Origin: a virus
Strand: one strand, 5' to 3'
DNA: 64,000 nucleotides
Virus record (IMG/VR): IMGVR_UViG_3300042508_000221
Location: 10,091-74,090 of that record
In this document: positions 1 through 9,935 of the stretch, piece after piece
How positions within the stretch are numbered: the stretch's first letter is position 1
How the letters are laid out: every line of letters begins with the position of its first letter
Notes under the pieces: generated by a model
What the model was told of the DNA's origin: nothing
Databases searched by the model: none
What the model saw: the letters and a program-made list of their open reading frames with translations, nothing else
Translations under genes and position numbers: made by a program

Positions 1-440
1 TGCTGGACATCACGATCTGCTCGACGGTCTGGGAGGTCAAGTATGACCTGTTCCCCGTCTGGGCGATCGTCCTGCCCCGCCTGCCCATGCTGGATCGTGC
101 CGTGACGGTGACTTACCGCAGCGGCGACGGCACCTATAGCCAGCTCTCGAGCGCCACCGACTTTCAGGTCGACGCCAGCGTGATCCCAGGCCGCATCTAC
201 CCGCAGTGGGCTCGCTCCTGGCCGGCGACCCGCGGCGACGAGAATTCGGTGACGGTGCGGTACTCGGCGGGCTACGGCGACGACGGGCAGGCAGCGCCCC
301 CCATCGTGAAGCACCTGATTCTTCTTTTGACGGCCCATTGGTACGACACGAGACAGCCGGCCGTCGCCGGGGCTCCGCAGTCGGTGCCGCACACGTTCGA
401 CACGCTTCTGGCTGCGGCCAGCATGGGGGTCTACCGATGA
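1..440 (+). CDS. Head-tail connector protein (gp6/gp15-like), 5'-truncated by the window edge
   Basis: Frame is open from the window start; C-terminal V.Y.AGYG..P..VK.LILLL.AHWY..R pattern typical of connectors; lies upstream of head-closure gene. Confidence 0.8.
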   Translation, partial: LDITICSTVWEVKYDLFPVWAIVLPRLPMLDRAVTVTYRSGDGTYSQLSSATDFQVDASVIPGRIYPQWARSWPATRGDENSVTVRYSAGYGDDGQAAPPIVKHLILLLTAHWYDTRQPAVAGAPQSVPHTFDTLLAAASMGVYR

Positions 441-766
441 CTGTACGGGCCCGAATCGACGTTGACGCCGTCTACCACGACGTGAGCGACTCGTCGCTGA
501 CAATCGGCAACTTGGCGGAGCACCTTTCGCCGGCCCTGACAACGGCCCAGACGATCAGCGGGAGCGTCGGCACGGCGGCGGTGCAGATCGTCGGTGCCAC
601 GCCCCTGTCGACGCTGGTGGTCAAGAACACGGGCTCGAGCGCCCTGCGGCTGGCTGGCAGCATCAACGTCTCAGCGGGCCGGCTGGCCGTCCTGCCCGTG
701 ACGGCGACGATCACGGTCTCGGCTCCCTCGGGATCAGGCACCTACACCGCACTCTGGATGGGGTGA
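437..766 (+). CDS. Hypothetical beta-rich virion protein
   Basis: ATG overlaps connector stop (ATGA); MTVRARIDVD..., rich in Thr/Ser/Val. Confidence 0.6.
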   Translation: MTVRARIDVDAVYHDVSDSSLTIGNLAEHLSPALTTAQTISGSVGTAAVQIVGATPLSTLVVKNTGSSALRLAGSINVSAGRLAVLPVTATITVSAPSGSGTYTALWMG

Positions 767-769
767 TCC

Positions 770-1090
770 ATGATCAACTCCGGCACCATGCGGGAGAGGG
801 TGACGATCCAGAAGCCGGTCGAGAGCCAAAGCTCGTTCGGCGAGACGACGTTGACCTGGGAGGACGAGGCCACGGTTTACGCCAGCATCATGGGCGTCAG
901 GGCCAGTGACTACTTCGCTGCCCAGCAGGCAGGCGCGCTGGTCACGCATCGCATTCGCATCCGATTCTTCCCTGGCATCACGCACCAGCACCGCCTCCTC
1001 TGGCGTGGCCGCGTGATGGAGATTTCCAGCGTGCTTGAACGCGACTCCCGCTCGATCCATGAGATACTGGCGAGGGAGGAAGCGACATGA
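770..1090 (+). CDS. Head closure / head-tail adaptor (SPP1 gp16-like)
   Basis: G.MRERVTIQ, W...ATVYA, HRIRIRF pattern; 106 aa; synteny. Confidence 0.85.
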   Translation: MINSGTMRERVTIQKPVESQSSFGETTLTWEDEATVYASIMGVRASDYFAAQQAGALVTHRIRIRFFPGITHQHRLLWRGRVMEISSVLERDSRSIHEILAREEAT

Positions 1091-1824
1091 TTACGCAAGG
1101 CCAGGGATCGCCGCGAGATTTCGGCGGCAGCACCGGCAAGTCGCTCGCCGAGGGCTTCGTCACGGTCAAAACGGCTGGCGTCCGCGAGTTGGCGGAGCAG
1201 TTGCAGGCCATCGCCATCAAGATGGGCGAGCCGAAGGCGCTCGAGGACGCGACCAAGAAGGCCGCCGAACACATTCGGCGCGGATACCGGGCCAAAGTCG
1301 GCAACGCCACGGGCAACCTCAAAAAGTCGGTAAGGATCAAGACGAAAACCTACGACGCAGCCGCCGTCGCGATTGTCGGCCCGTGGCAGTCAGGCACCGC
1401 CGGCAGTCGCGAGGGGGCAGAATCGGGGAATCATGCGTGGCTCGTCGAATTCGGCACCGACCGCCGCAAGCCGGGAACGAAAGGCCGTCGGACGTACCTC
1501 AACGTCCACCAGATGATCAACGGGAAGATGCGGCGTCATTCGTCGGCGAACAACCAGCAGTTTGCCAATATGTCGAAGGGCTACTACTTCCTGATGGGCA
1601 GCATCAACGAGGCCACTCGGCAGGCCGGCATGGGCAAGGGCTACCCGCACGACTTCGGCTACTCCGGCGGCAAGATGCACCCCGTCACGCTACACCCTGG
1701 CGAAGACTATGCCCCCATGCCGGCAAAGCACGCGATGCAGCAGACCATCGACGAGCAGCAGGGGGCAGTATTCAACACGCTCAAGGCCGCCATCGAAAAC
1801 ACGCTGGCGAGGCTGACGCAATGA
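1087..1824 (+). CDS. HK97 gp10-like neck/tail component
   Basis: TGNLKKSV and HAWLVEFGT motifs; synteny. Confidence 0.75.
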   Translation: MITQGQGSPRDFGGSTGKSLAEGFVTVKTAGVRELAEQLQAIAIKMGEPKALEDATKKAAEHIRRGYRAKVGNATGNLKKSVRIKTKTYDAAAVAIVGPWQSGTAGSREGAESGNHAWLVEFGTDRRKPGTKGRRTYLNVHQMINGKMRRHSSANNQQFANMSKGYYFLMGSINEATRQAGMGKGYPHDFGYSGGKMHPVTLHPGEDYAPMPAKHAMQQTIDEQQGAVFNTLKAAIENTLARLTQ

Positions 1825-2246
1825 TCATTTCGCCAGAAAAACACGTTTTCCAGAGGCTCGTCACCACCCCGGCGGTGGCGAGGCTGGTCGGATTTCAGGT
1901 CTACCCGATCGCGGTGCCGAAGAACGCCGTTCTGCCGTTCTGCGTCTACAAGCGGAACAACATCACCCGCGAAGCCCATCTTGCGGGGCCGATGTTCCAG
2001 CCGATTGTTCACCTCCAGATCGCCTCCTGGGCACTCTATTACGACGCAGCCCGCGAGCTGGCCGACGAGGTACGACTTGCCTTGGATGGCCGCACCGGCA
2101 CCCTCTCAGGCGTTACAATTAGTGATATACGGCTCGTGTCGGAGACGGACGACTATCTAGACCCAGCCGCCGTGGGAGCCCAGCTCCCGCCAGCCTACGA
2201 GGTTCGACAACTATTTCAGATTCGGTGGTCGGAAGCCACTGACTAA
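1821..2246 (+). CDS. Tail completion/terminator protein (DUF3168-like)
   Basis: VYP..P....LPFCVY, LQIASWA, A..LADEVR.ALDG; start at ATG 1821. Confidence 0.8.
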   Translation: MIISPEKHVFQRLVTTPAVARLVGFQVYPIAVPKNAVLPFCVYKRNNITREAHLAGPMFQPIVHLQIASWALYYDAARELADEVRLALDGRTGTLSGVTISDIRLVSETDDYLDPAAVGAQLPPAYEVRQLFQIRWSEATD

Positions 2247-2270
2247 GACTTTAGCGCAAGGAGGCGCACT

Positions 2271-2606
2271 ATGGCCGGTGTTGCAGCGATGGGCGTGACC
2301 ATGAACTACTCTGGTCAGACCCTGACGATCACGAGCTTCAATGTCAACGACCAGATCGACAACGCCGACGGTTCGCACCTCGGCCAAGCCGTGGGCAGCC
2401 GCCGCGAGTACGTCCCGACGTTCGTGCAGCGGGAAATCTCCTGCGACTACATCGCGTCGACCGTCATTACGGTTCAGTCGGCTGCTCTCAGCATCACCGG
2501 CCCCGGCGGTCTCAGCTTCTCCGGCAACGCCACCCTCACGGCCTCGACCGTTGGCGGCACCGTCGGCGATCTCCTCAAGGGCAATGCGACTTGGCGGGTG
2601 GCCTAA
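2271..2606 (+). CDS. Tail tube protein-like, copy 1
   Basis: Follows tail terminator; AGGAGG RBS; beta-rich, C-terminal GDLLKGNATW. Confidence 0.6.
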   Translation: MAGVAAMGVTMNYSGQTLTITSFNVNDQIDNADGSHLGQAVGSRREYVPTFVQREISCDYIASTVITVQSAALSITGPGGLSFSGNATLTASTVGGTVGDLLKGNATWRVA

Positions 2607-2626
2607 CCGCCTGGAGGTGACCCGAC

Positions 2627-2992
2627 ATGGCCGGGGCCACCGCACATGGCGCGACGTTTACCTTCCTGACGTTCGTCGGCAAGCTGACGGGCATCTCGGT
2701 GGAGATGCCTTCGGCGGAGGTCACGAACATGACCGCCGCGACGGACAGTCTTGGATACACGTTCATGGTGCCGACCGGCGAATGGGCCGGCGGCACCATA
2801 ACCGTGGACTTCTTGACCACCAACGCCGACCCCCAGTTGTTCGTCAGGAAGGTCGGCGATCTCAAGTTCTCCTCGGCTGGATACACCATTATCCGCCGCG
2901 TGGTCTGCGAGTCCGCGTCAGTGAGCGCCCAGGCGGGCGAACTGGTTCGCGGGTCGTTCAAGTTTCTGATGACTGATTATCAAGGCACATAG
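2627..2992 (+). CDS. Tail tube protein-like, copy 2
   Basis: GGAGG RBS; termini resemble preceding ORF (MAG..A.G.T; GELVRGSF). Confidence 0.6.
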   Translation: MAGATAHGATFTFLTFVGKLTGISVEMPSAEVTNMTAATDSLGYTFMVPTGEWAGGTITVDFLTTNADPQLFVRKVGDLKFSSAGYTIIRRVVCESASVSAQAGELVRGSFKFLMTDYQGT

Positions 2993-3036
2993 CCGGCAGG
3001 ATGCCGCACAGCAAGCACTTTCTGGAGCAGATTGAT

Positions 3037-3408
3037 ATGGCACTTGATCGTAAAAGCATCCTGGCAGTCGACGACGTTCGCAAGGAGAAGTTTGCCGTTC
3101 CCGAGTGGAAGGGCGACGTGTTTCTTCGTGTCCTCACTGGCACCGACCGCGATCGTTTCGAGGAGTCCTACGCCGACCAGAAGATGAAGGCGTTCCGTAT
3201 CCGCTTCCTCCTGCTTGCCTTGTGCGATGACGACGGCAAGCGGTTGTTCAGCGACGATGAGGCCGACATCCTCGGCAAGAAGTCTTCGGTGGTAATCAAC
3301 CGCCTGTTCGAGGCCGGCTGGAAGCTCAACGCCTTCACGCAGGAGGCAGTGGATGACCTGGGGGAAGATTCGCCCTCCGGCCAGAAAGGCGCTTCTACTT
3401 CCGCCTAG
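3037..3408 (+). CDS. Tail assembly chaperone (G-like)
   Basis: VPEWKGDVFLRVLTG.DRDRFE pattern; lies between tube and tape measure genes. Confidence 0.8.
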   Translation: MALDRKSILAVDDVRKEKFAVPEWKGDVFLRVLTGTDRDRFEESYADQKMKAFRIRFLLLALCDDDGKRLFSDDEADILGKKSSVVINRLFEAGWKLNAFTQEAVDDLGEDSPSGQKGASTSA

Positions 3409-3683
3409 CGGCAACGCTGGGCATGAGCGTGAAGCGGCTTCTGGCAGAGGTCGACAGTAAGGAGATCGCCGAGTGGTATGCGTTTGATCAGAGATGGCCG
3501 CTGCCTGACCCCTGGGGTCAGACGGCCAGACTGTGCAGGGTGATCATGGCCTCGTCGGGAAACTACAAGAAGCACGACCTCCCCGACGAGTCAGCGTTCA
3601 TCCCGAGCGTGGTCAAGCCAGAGCAGTCGAAGTCGCAGATCATGTCTGAGTTGATGAAGCTGAGCACGCCAATTCAAGGATGA
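3360..3683 (+). CDS. Tail assembly chaperone GT extension reached by -1 frameshift
   Basis: G GGG GAA at 3360-3366; the -1 frame is open (GRFALRPERRFYFRLAATLGMSV...) and continuous with ORF 3423..3683. Confidence 0.7.
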   Translation, partial: GGRFALRPERRFYFRLAATLGMSVKRLLAEVDSKEIAEWYAFDQRWPLPDPWGQTARLCRVIMASSGNYKKHDLPDESAFIPSVVKPEQSKSQIMSELMKLSTPIQG

Positions 3684-3687
3684 ATCG

Positions 3688-6600
3688 ATGGCAAACGGCT
3701 ACCTCGGCAAAATCAGTGCAGTTGTTTCGGCGAATACGGCCGACTTCTCGAGCAAGCTCAATGCTGCCGCGAAGGACGTTCAGAAGTTCGCCAGCAGCAT
3801 GCAGGGATCGCTGACGAGCGCCCAGTCAAGCTCATCTTCTGCGCTTCGGGGGATATACACCGATGCGCAGAAGCTCGAGCGGGCTCTGACGGCGATCTCG
3901 ACGAGGAAGTTGTCGTTTCGAGGCTTTGCCGACAAGGACATCGACACCGCCGTAGGGCGGATGCAGGCTCTGTACTCTGCGACGGAGCAGATAAACAAGC
4001 CGCTCGCGTCTGCCGCGAAAGCCTTCAGCAAACTCCCGGCGGAGATTCAGGGGGCTTTCCTGCCGGCGTTGATTTCGTCGCAGAAGGCCGCTGAGTCGCT
4101 TGCCGATGAGATTAATCGAACCGGAAAAGTCAGCGAGCAGCGATTTGACGCCGTTGCCGCGAAGATCGAACGAACGACTGCGGCAATGTCCAGGCTCAAA
4201 GAGGCGTCATCGCTCGTTTCTGGGCTGGCGACCGGCAGAGAATTGGCATTCCAGCGACCCGAAATGGTCGCTGAGACGCGGCGGTCAGCATCGCTTCAAT
4301 CGGACATAGGCAGACTGCCGGCGGCAGACATCGGCGGATACGCCGACCTTGTCACGCAGCAGCGGGCCGCAGCAGTTGAGACCGAGCGGCTCGCCGCCGC
4401 CCTCGAGAAGGCGAAGCTTTCCCGAAACGCCGACGTAGCCGCCGCGACTGCCGCCTATCAGTCGCAGCTCGCTGCGCAGAGGCAGTTGAACGACGAGATA
4501 GAACGTCGCGTCGGGGCGCAGGAAGCTGCGAGCAAGAGGGCGGCAGCAGCGGCAGGTGCGGAGATCGCCGTCCTCCAGAGGCGTGCGCAAGCAGAGAAGA
4601 CAGCAGAGCTAGAGCGACAGGCTCAGGCTCAGAGGACGGCCGACGCAGAGATCGCTCTTCTCCAGCGTCGAGCACAGTCGCAAAAAGATGCCGAACTTGA
4701 GCGACAGGCTCAGGCTCAGAGGACGGCCGACGCAGAGATCGCCGTCCTTCAGAGGGTTCAGCAGGCCGCCAAGGCCGCGGAGCTTGAGAGACAGGCCCAG
4801 GCCCAGAAGATTGCCGACAGCGAGATCGCGAACCTCCAGAGGGTTCAGCAAGCCGCCAAGGCCGCCGAGATTGAGCGACAGGCTCAGGCTCAGAGGACTG
4901 TCGATGCAGAACTCGCCGTCCTCCAGAGGCGTGCGCAAGCAGAGAAGACAGCAGAGCTAGAGCGACAGGCTCAGGCTCAGAGGACGGCCGACGCAGAGAT
5001 CGCTCTTCTCCAAAGGGTTCAGCAGGCCGCCAAGGCCGCCGAGATCGAACGGCAGGCGCAGTCGCAGAAGACGGCAGACGATGAGATCGCATCGCTTATA
5101 CGAAGAGAGCAGGCCGCGAGGGCGGGAGCCACGGGCGGCGAAGGCAGCCTCGGACTCGGCCTAGACATCGAAGCCCCCGCCCGACAGCTTGGTGTGCTCC
5201 AGGGGAGCATCTCCTCGCTGAAGAGCGTGATCGACACACTGCCAGAGCCGATGCGGGCGAGGTTCGTCCCCGCGATCCGCGAGGCAGAGGCCGAGTTCAT
5301 TCGACTGAGTACGGCGGCGGTGCCGATTGCTGCCGACATTGAGGCCGCTCGGCAGCGACTCATTCATCTGACTCAGGATGCCACCCGAGCCACGCAGGCG
5401 ATGAACTTCTCGCAGTCGTTCGGTGGCGCTGGCGCAACTGGCGTAAACCTCGGCCTGGATCAGCGCGCCCTTCAGGGCTACAACGCGCAGTTGCAGATTC
5501 TGCAAGGTGCGATCTCGCGGGGCAGTGCCGAGGCCAGAGGGCCAGCCGTCGCGGCGTTTGAGCGGTTTCGTGCCGCTGTCTCAACCGCCTTCGACGAGGG
5601 CACCATCGACTCTCGCGCGATGCGAGCGCAACTCGCAGCGCTTCGCACTGAAGCCATCGCCGCAGCCGCCGCAGCGGGCGGGGTGCGCGTCGGCACGTTA
5701 ACTCGCGAGGTTTCAAGGGCCGGTGACGTTGGCAGGGCTGGGTTTGACAGATTCGGTCTTGCCCTCAATCAGGCAGGCTACGCCATCGACGACTTCATGT
5801 CTTCGACGGGCGGCCTTGAGTTCAAGCTTCGCGCCGTCAGCAACAACATCACGCAGATGGCGTTCATCCTTGGCGGCACGACCGGCCTGTTCGTCGGGCT
5901 CGGTGCGGTCATCGCAGGGCAGGCCGCCGTTGCCATCATAAAGTTTATGAACAGCGGTCGATCCGCAGAGGATCAGACAAAGGCACTCAACGACGCCCTT
6001 GCAAAACAGAAGAGCCTTGTCGACGGTTTGGCGGAGTCCCACAAAGCGCTCGCTGACGCGATTCTGCGAGGTACAACGTCAAGCTCGTCGGAGTCCGAAA
6101 GGAAGATCGTAGCTGGACAAGCCGACTTGCGGCGACAGTCCGCAGAACTGTCGGCCGAACGCAAGGCGACGGCGGACACGGCTCCTCTTGCTCCGCAGTC
6201 GATCTCGCGGATGATCGGTGAGTTCCTCGAGACCCGCCAGAGACGCAACGAGTTTCAGGGGGTCGCCGAGCTTCGTGCCGAACTCAACAAGCTTGAGAAA
6301 CAGCTCAAGGCAGCCACGACCGTCGGCGAGCGGGCGACGATTCAGGGTCGCATTCGCGACACGGGGCGAGCGGAACTGGCGACCAGGGGTCGTCTGGCGG
6401 CAGGGCAGACACCAGACCAGACCGTCGTTCAGTCGGCGATCAGGGGGTCGGCTGACTCGTCGGAAAATGCGTACAACGGCACATTCCTTGGGTTCAACAC
6501 GGAGCAGATGTTTGCCAACGCAACTACGCTGGGTGGGTCGTACTTTTCGGGCGTCAATAATGCGAGATATGACCAGCAGATCGCAGCAAACGAAGGTCTC

Positions 6601-8841
6601 CGCGGCCTTGCAGCACAGGTGCCGACATCTGTTCAGGGTCAGATCGAGGCGTTGCGCAAGTCGCAGGAACTGAAAAGGCCCGAGCAAGGCCAGCGGGATC
6701 TGGGTTTCATCCCGACTGGCGTAGCGATTGACGCCGACCGCGAGATCGCAAAGTTCGAGGCGATGATCCAGTCGCTGCAAAAAGTGATAGAAAGCGGAGT
6801 CGTCGATTCCGCCGCAAAGACATACGCCGCATCTGTTGACGCAGCCAATTCGATCAGGGCAGCGCAAGAGGACGTTGCAGACGCCATCAAGCGAGGCGTG
6901 CCCCCTGCGCTCGCGTTTCAGGCTGAGTTGGACAAGCTTTCGTCTGAGCTTGCCGCGGCAGACGACGAACTCCGCACGGCTGTTACCGCGAGCCCAGATG
7001 ACCCCAACATCACGCCTGAGAGGCGGGAATCCGCCATCAATCGCGCGCAGGAGCGTGTGGAGAGCGTCAATCAGCAGCGTGCCGACGTGGAGTCGCGGGC
7101 GAGGGAAGTGCGTCTGGGCCGCACGTTCGGCGGCGAGCGGACAACGAAAGCTCTGTCATCGCTTGAGGGCAACGACAGGTTCGCGAACGAGCAGGCTGGT
7201 CTGGTCGCTCGCCTAAAGCGAGCTGTCGACGACGAGGTGCAGGCCCGTCGCAAGGCGTCAGAGGCGGCGGCGAGAGAGGCAGCGATCGTCGACCTGATTG
7301 CCAAGAAGCGGACGGAGGTCGCGAATTCCGGCAGCGACATCAACAAGCGAATGATCGCGGAGGCCGACATCAAGGCCGCAGAGGCAGACCTTGAGAAGGC
7401 GAAGGCTGCGAGAGAGGCGGCGTCCGCTGCATCCGACCTCGCCCAGAAAGCCTCCGAAGCCGCCGCCGCCCTGGCCGAGGCCGCCGCCGGCATCGAAGCC
7501 GCGTTGACCCGCATCCGCAAAGTCGGCGAATCGGCGTTGCAGAGGTCTGAGCAGGGCGCGGACGCCGCACAGAGGGCGTTTGAGGAAAACCCGCTGCGGG
7601 CAGGGGCCCGCGAAGCCAGAGATGCAGCCGAGGAGCGGCTGATCAATGACCGCGCTACGGTCGGCGGTGCCCAGGCGAGCCTAGACAATCGCCGCCGCGA
7701 GATTCAGCAAGACCCGCAGATGCAGGCGATCAACAGCGAACTTGAAGCCGCCACGCAACGCCGTAAAGACCTTGAGGCCAAGGGTGCGATCGGCGGCGGG
7801 CTTAATCAGGCTGAGAGCGCGGAGCTTGACGCCGCGGCCAAGCGAGAGATTGAGCTGCTCCGGCAGCGAGAAATGATGGCGCGACAGTTGACCGAGGCCG
7901 AGCGGAAGCAGCTTGACGCCATCAACAACGGCATCCTGGCTCGCGAGAAGGAGCTTGAGAAGGGTCGCCAGCGGGCCGCTGAAGACCCGACATTTAAACG
8001 CAGCATCGATGCGGCGAACCAGATCATGGCCGACAGCGAGCGGCAGGCGAACGAGGCGCAGCAGCGGTACATCAATAATCCGACCGAGAAGAACCGTAAG
8101 GAGCGGGACGAAGCCGATGCTCGCCTCCGCAGCGATCGCCAGCGCGCCCAGGAGTTGCAGGACAATCTGGACAACAAGCGGAAGGAGATTGAGCGAGACC
8201 CAGCCGTCGCGGCAAACAACAAGGCAATCGCAGCGAACGACAAGCGTTTGGCTGATCTGGCCGAGAAGGAGGCGAAGGGTGGGCTCACAGGCCTGGAGAT
8301 ACAAGAGAGGGAACGCATTCAGGGAGAGAACCGCAGAATGCGAGGCGAGAATGAGGCAGCCATAGACGCTGGTACTCGTGACGAACGCAAGTCAATCGAC
8401 GGCGAGCAATACACCCGCAACCAACGCGATCGCGCCCGCCGCGGACGCGACCTGGGCATGACTGACCGCGAGCGGTTCCGCCGCGACTTCGAGGAAGGCG
8501 CAGGAGCCGACATCAACGCCCGCGCCGCCGAAATGCGGCGAGCCGGCGAAGACCCCACAAAGTTTCTCCGCCAAGCCTTGCGGAACCAGATGGAGCAAGT
8601 CGCCCCGATGCTCAAGGGCTTCCAAGACGAGCGGCAGACCGCCGCCCTGCAAGGCCCGTCCCGCGCCGCCCTAAACGTCTCCGACGTTTCGACGAGCCAG
8701 GGTGCCAGCGAACTTACCCGACTTCTCCGAGGCGAAGATTCGGCGAAGGACGTGAATCTCGCGGAGCTACAGAAGCAGACGGGCTACCTTGCCGACATCA
8801 GGGCTGACCTCAAGGCAAACAACCCAGGAGTGCTCCTCTAA
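3688..8841 (+). CDS. Tail tape measure protein
   Basis: 1717 aa, Ala-rich coiled coil, N-terminal LGKISAVVSANTADF, hydrophobic mid segment, follows chaperones. Confidence 0.9.
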   Translation: MANGYLGKISAVVSANTADFSSKLNAAAKDVQKFASSMQGSLTSAQSSSSSALRGIYTDAQKLERALTAISTRKLSFRGFADKDIDTAVGRMQALYSATEQINKPLASAAKAFSKLPAEIQGAFLPALISSQKAAESLADEINRTGKVSEQRFDAVAAKIERTTAAMSRLKEASSLVSGLATGRELAFQRPEMVAETRRSASLQSDIGRLPAADIGGYADLVTQQRAAAVETERLAAALEKAKLSRNADVAAATAAYQSQLAAQRQLNDEIERRVGAQEAASKRAAAAAGAEIAVLQRRAQAEKTAELERQAQAQRTADAEIALLQRRAQSQKDAELERQAQAQRTADAEIAVLQRVQQAAKAAELERQAQAQKIADSEIANLQRVQQAAKAAEIERQAQAQRTVDAELAVLQRRAQAEKTAELERQAQAQRTADAEIALLQRVQQAAKAAEIERQAQSQKTADDEIASLIRREQAARAGATGGEGSLGLGLDIEAPARQLGVLQGSISSLKSVIDTLPEPMRARFVPAIREAEAEFIRLSTAAVPIAADIEAARQRLIHLTQDATRATQAMNFSQSFGGAGATGVNLGLDQRALQGYNAQLQILQGAISRGSAEARGPAVAAFERFRAAVSTAFDEGTIDSRAMRAQLAALRTEAIAAAAAAGGVRVGTLTREVSRAGDVGRAGFDRFGLALNQAGYAIDDFMSSTGGLEFKLRAVSNNITQMAFILGGTTGLFVGLGAVIAGQAAVAIIKFMNSGRSAEDQTKALNDALAKQKSLVDGLAESHKALADAILRGTTSSSSESERKIVAGQADLRRQSAELSAERKATADTAPLAPQSISRMIGEFLETRQRRNEFQGVAELRAELNKLEKQLKAATTVGERATIQGRIRDTGRAELATRGRLAAGQTPDQTVVQSAIRGSADSSENAYNGTFLGFNTEQMFANATTLGGSYFSGVNNARYDQQIAANEGLRGLAAQVPTSVQGQIEALRKSQELKRPEQGQRDLGFIPTGVAIDADREIAKFEAMIQSLQKVIESGVVDSAAKTYAASVDAANSIRAAQEDVADAIKRGVPPALAFQAELDKLSSELAAADDELRTAVTASPDDPNITPERRESAINRAQERVESVNQQRADVESRAREVRLGRTFGGERTTKALSSLEGNDRFANEQAGLVARLKRAVDDEVQARRKASEAAAREAAIVDLIAKKRTEVANSGSDINKRMIAEADIKAAEADLEKAKAAREAASAASDLAQKASEAAAALAEAAAGIEAALTRIRKVGESALQRSEQGADAAQRAFEENPLRAGAREARDAAEERLINDRATVGGAQASLDNRRREIQQDPQMQAINSELEAATQRRKDLEAKGAIGGGLNQAESAELDAAAKREIELLRQREMMARQLTEAERKQLDAINNGILAREKELEKGRQRAAEDPTFKRSIDAANQIMADSERQANEAQQRYINNPTEKNRKERDEADARLRSDRQRAQELQDNLDNKRKEIERDPAVAANNKAIAANDKRLADLAEKEAKGGLTGLEIQERERIQGENRRMRGENEAAIDAGTRDERKSIDGEQYTRNQRDRARRGRDLGMTDRERFRRDFEEGAGADINARAAEMRRAGEDPTKFLRQALRNQMEQVAPMLKGFQDERQTAALQGPSRAALNVSDVSTSQGASELTRLLRGEDSAKDVNLAELQKQTGYLADIRADLKANNPGVLL
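4558..5110 (+). repeat. About six 87-bp (29-aa) tandem repeats inside the tape measure gene
   Basis: AEIAVLQRRAQAEKTAELERQAQAQRTAD-type units; near-exact ~100-bp DNA duplicate at ~4565 and ~4913. Confidence 0.9.
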
Positions 8842-9935
8842 TGCCCAAGCTCGTCTCCGAACTCGCCCAGGGCAAATCATTCAGCCGCAGCGCCGACGGC
8901 GGGCAGCTTGCCGATCAGGCCACGCGGACGTGGAAGATTCTGCTGAACTCGCCGAACGAGTCGTTCAACATAGCCCAGGCAGTCGGCGTCAACATCGGCG
9001 ACCCCCTTGGCTCGGCGAACCCCATCCCGTGCGTCAGCCTGGACGTGAAGGCGGACGGCGAGAGCAGGCTCGTGCGGATCGTCACCGCGCAGTATCGCAG
9101 CAATGCGGGCATGGGCACCATAGACCCGGGCACGCAAGAGCCAGCCCAGCGGCCTGCAATGTATTCGATGACCACGTCGCTGACGGAGATCGCGGCGTGG
9201 GGTGGCGCGCCGGTGACAGGTGGCGTGTCTGGTTCATGGATTCCAGCAGTCAACCCAGTCGGCGACTTAGTCGACGGCGTGACGCGACTTGAGCCGGTAG
9301 TGAACATCAACATTGATCAGTATTCGTATTCCGACATGAGCCAGCTCCTGGCCTACTGCGGCTATGTAAACAGAGACAACTTCACCTTCTCCAACCTGTC
9401 GGTCGGCGTTCATTGCTGTATGTTACAGAGCATTGCGTCAACAGCCGTTGTCGAGCAGTTCGGCGACTTCAAGTTTCGCGGATTCAAGGTCTCGTTCGGC
9501 TTTGCAGTCAGAGCGCACTGGACGATCACCCGCGAAGGCTTCCAGGCGATTGGCTGGGACATGGCCGTTCCGCAGACGGGGTTCAATGTCATCAACTACG
9601 GCCTGTCGTCTCCGAATGAAGTCGACATTGAGTCGCTGACTCTTCAACATGACGAGATCGGGAAGGTGCAGCTCAACAGTGATGGAACGCCACAAACCTA
9701 CGCTTTTGGGACTCAAACCAAAAGGACGAGGGCGATGGTTACGGTGCCCGCAAACCAAGGCGGGTGGACACAGAGACCATCTGCCCAGCCGGTAGCGCTC
9801 AACGACGACGGTACGCCGCGGAATGTCCGTAACTTCCCGATGGCGCAGAAAGTCCTCATCAACCGTATCTGCATTCAGCCCGAGATGAATTTCGGCAACA
9901 ACTTCGCGAACTTCGGAATTAGGTGGTTTACCTAA
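8841..9935 (+). CDS. Putative tail tip / distal tail protein
   Basis: Overlaps TMP stop (TAATG); beta-rich 364 aa. Confidence 0.55.
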   Translation: MPKLVSELAQGKSFSRSADGGQLADQATRTWKILLNSPNESFNIAQAVGVNIGDPLGSANPIPCVSLDVKADGESRLVRIVTAQYRSNAGMGTIDPGTQEPAQRPAMYSMTTSLTEIAAWGGAPVTGGVSGSWIPAVNPVGDLVDGVTRLEPVVNINIDQYSYSDMSQLLAYCGYVNRDNFTFSNLSVGVHCCMLQSIASTAVVEQFGDFKFRGFKVSFGFAVRAHWTITREGFQAIGWDMAVPQTGFNVINYGLSSPNEVDIESLTLQHDEIGKVQLNSDGTPQTYAFGTQTKRTRAMVTVPANQGGWTQRPSAQPVALNDDGTPRNVRNFPMAQKVLINRICIQPEMNFGNNFANFGIRWFT

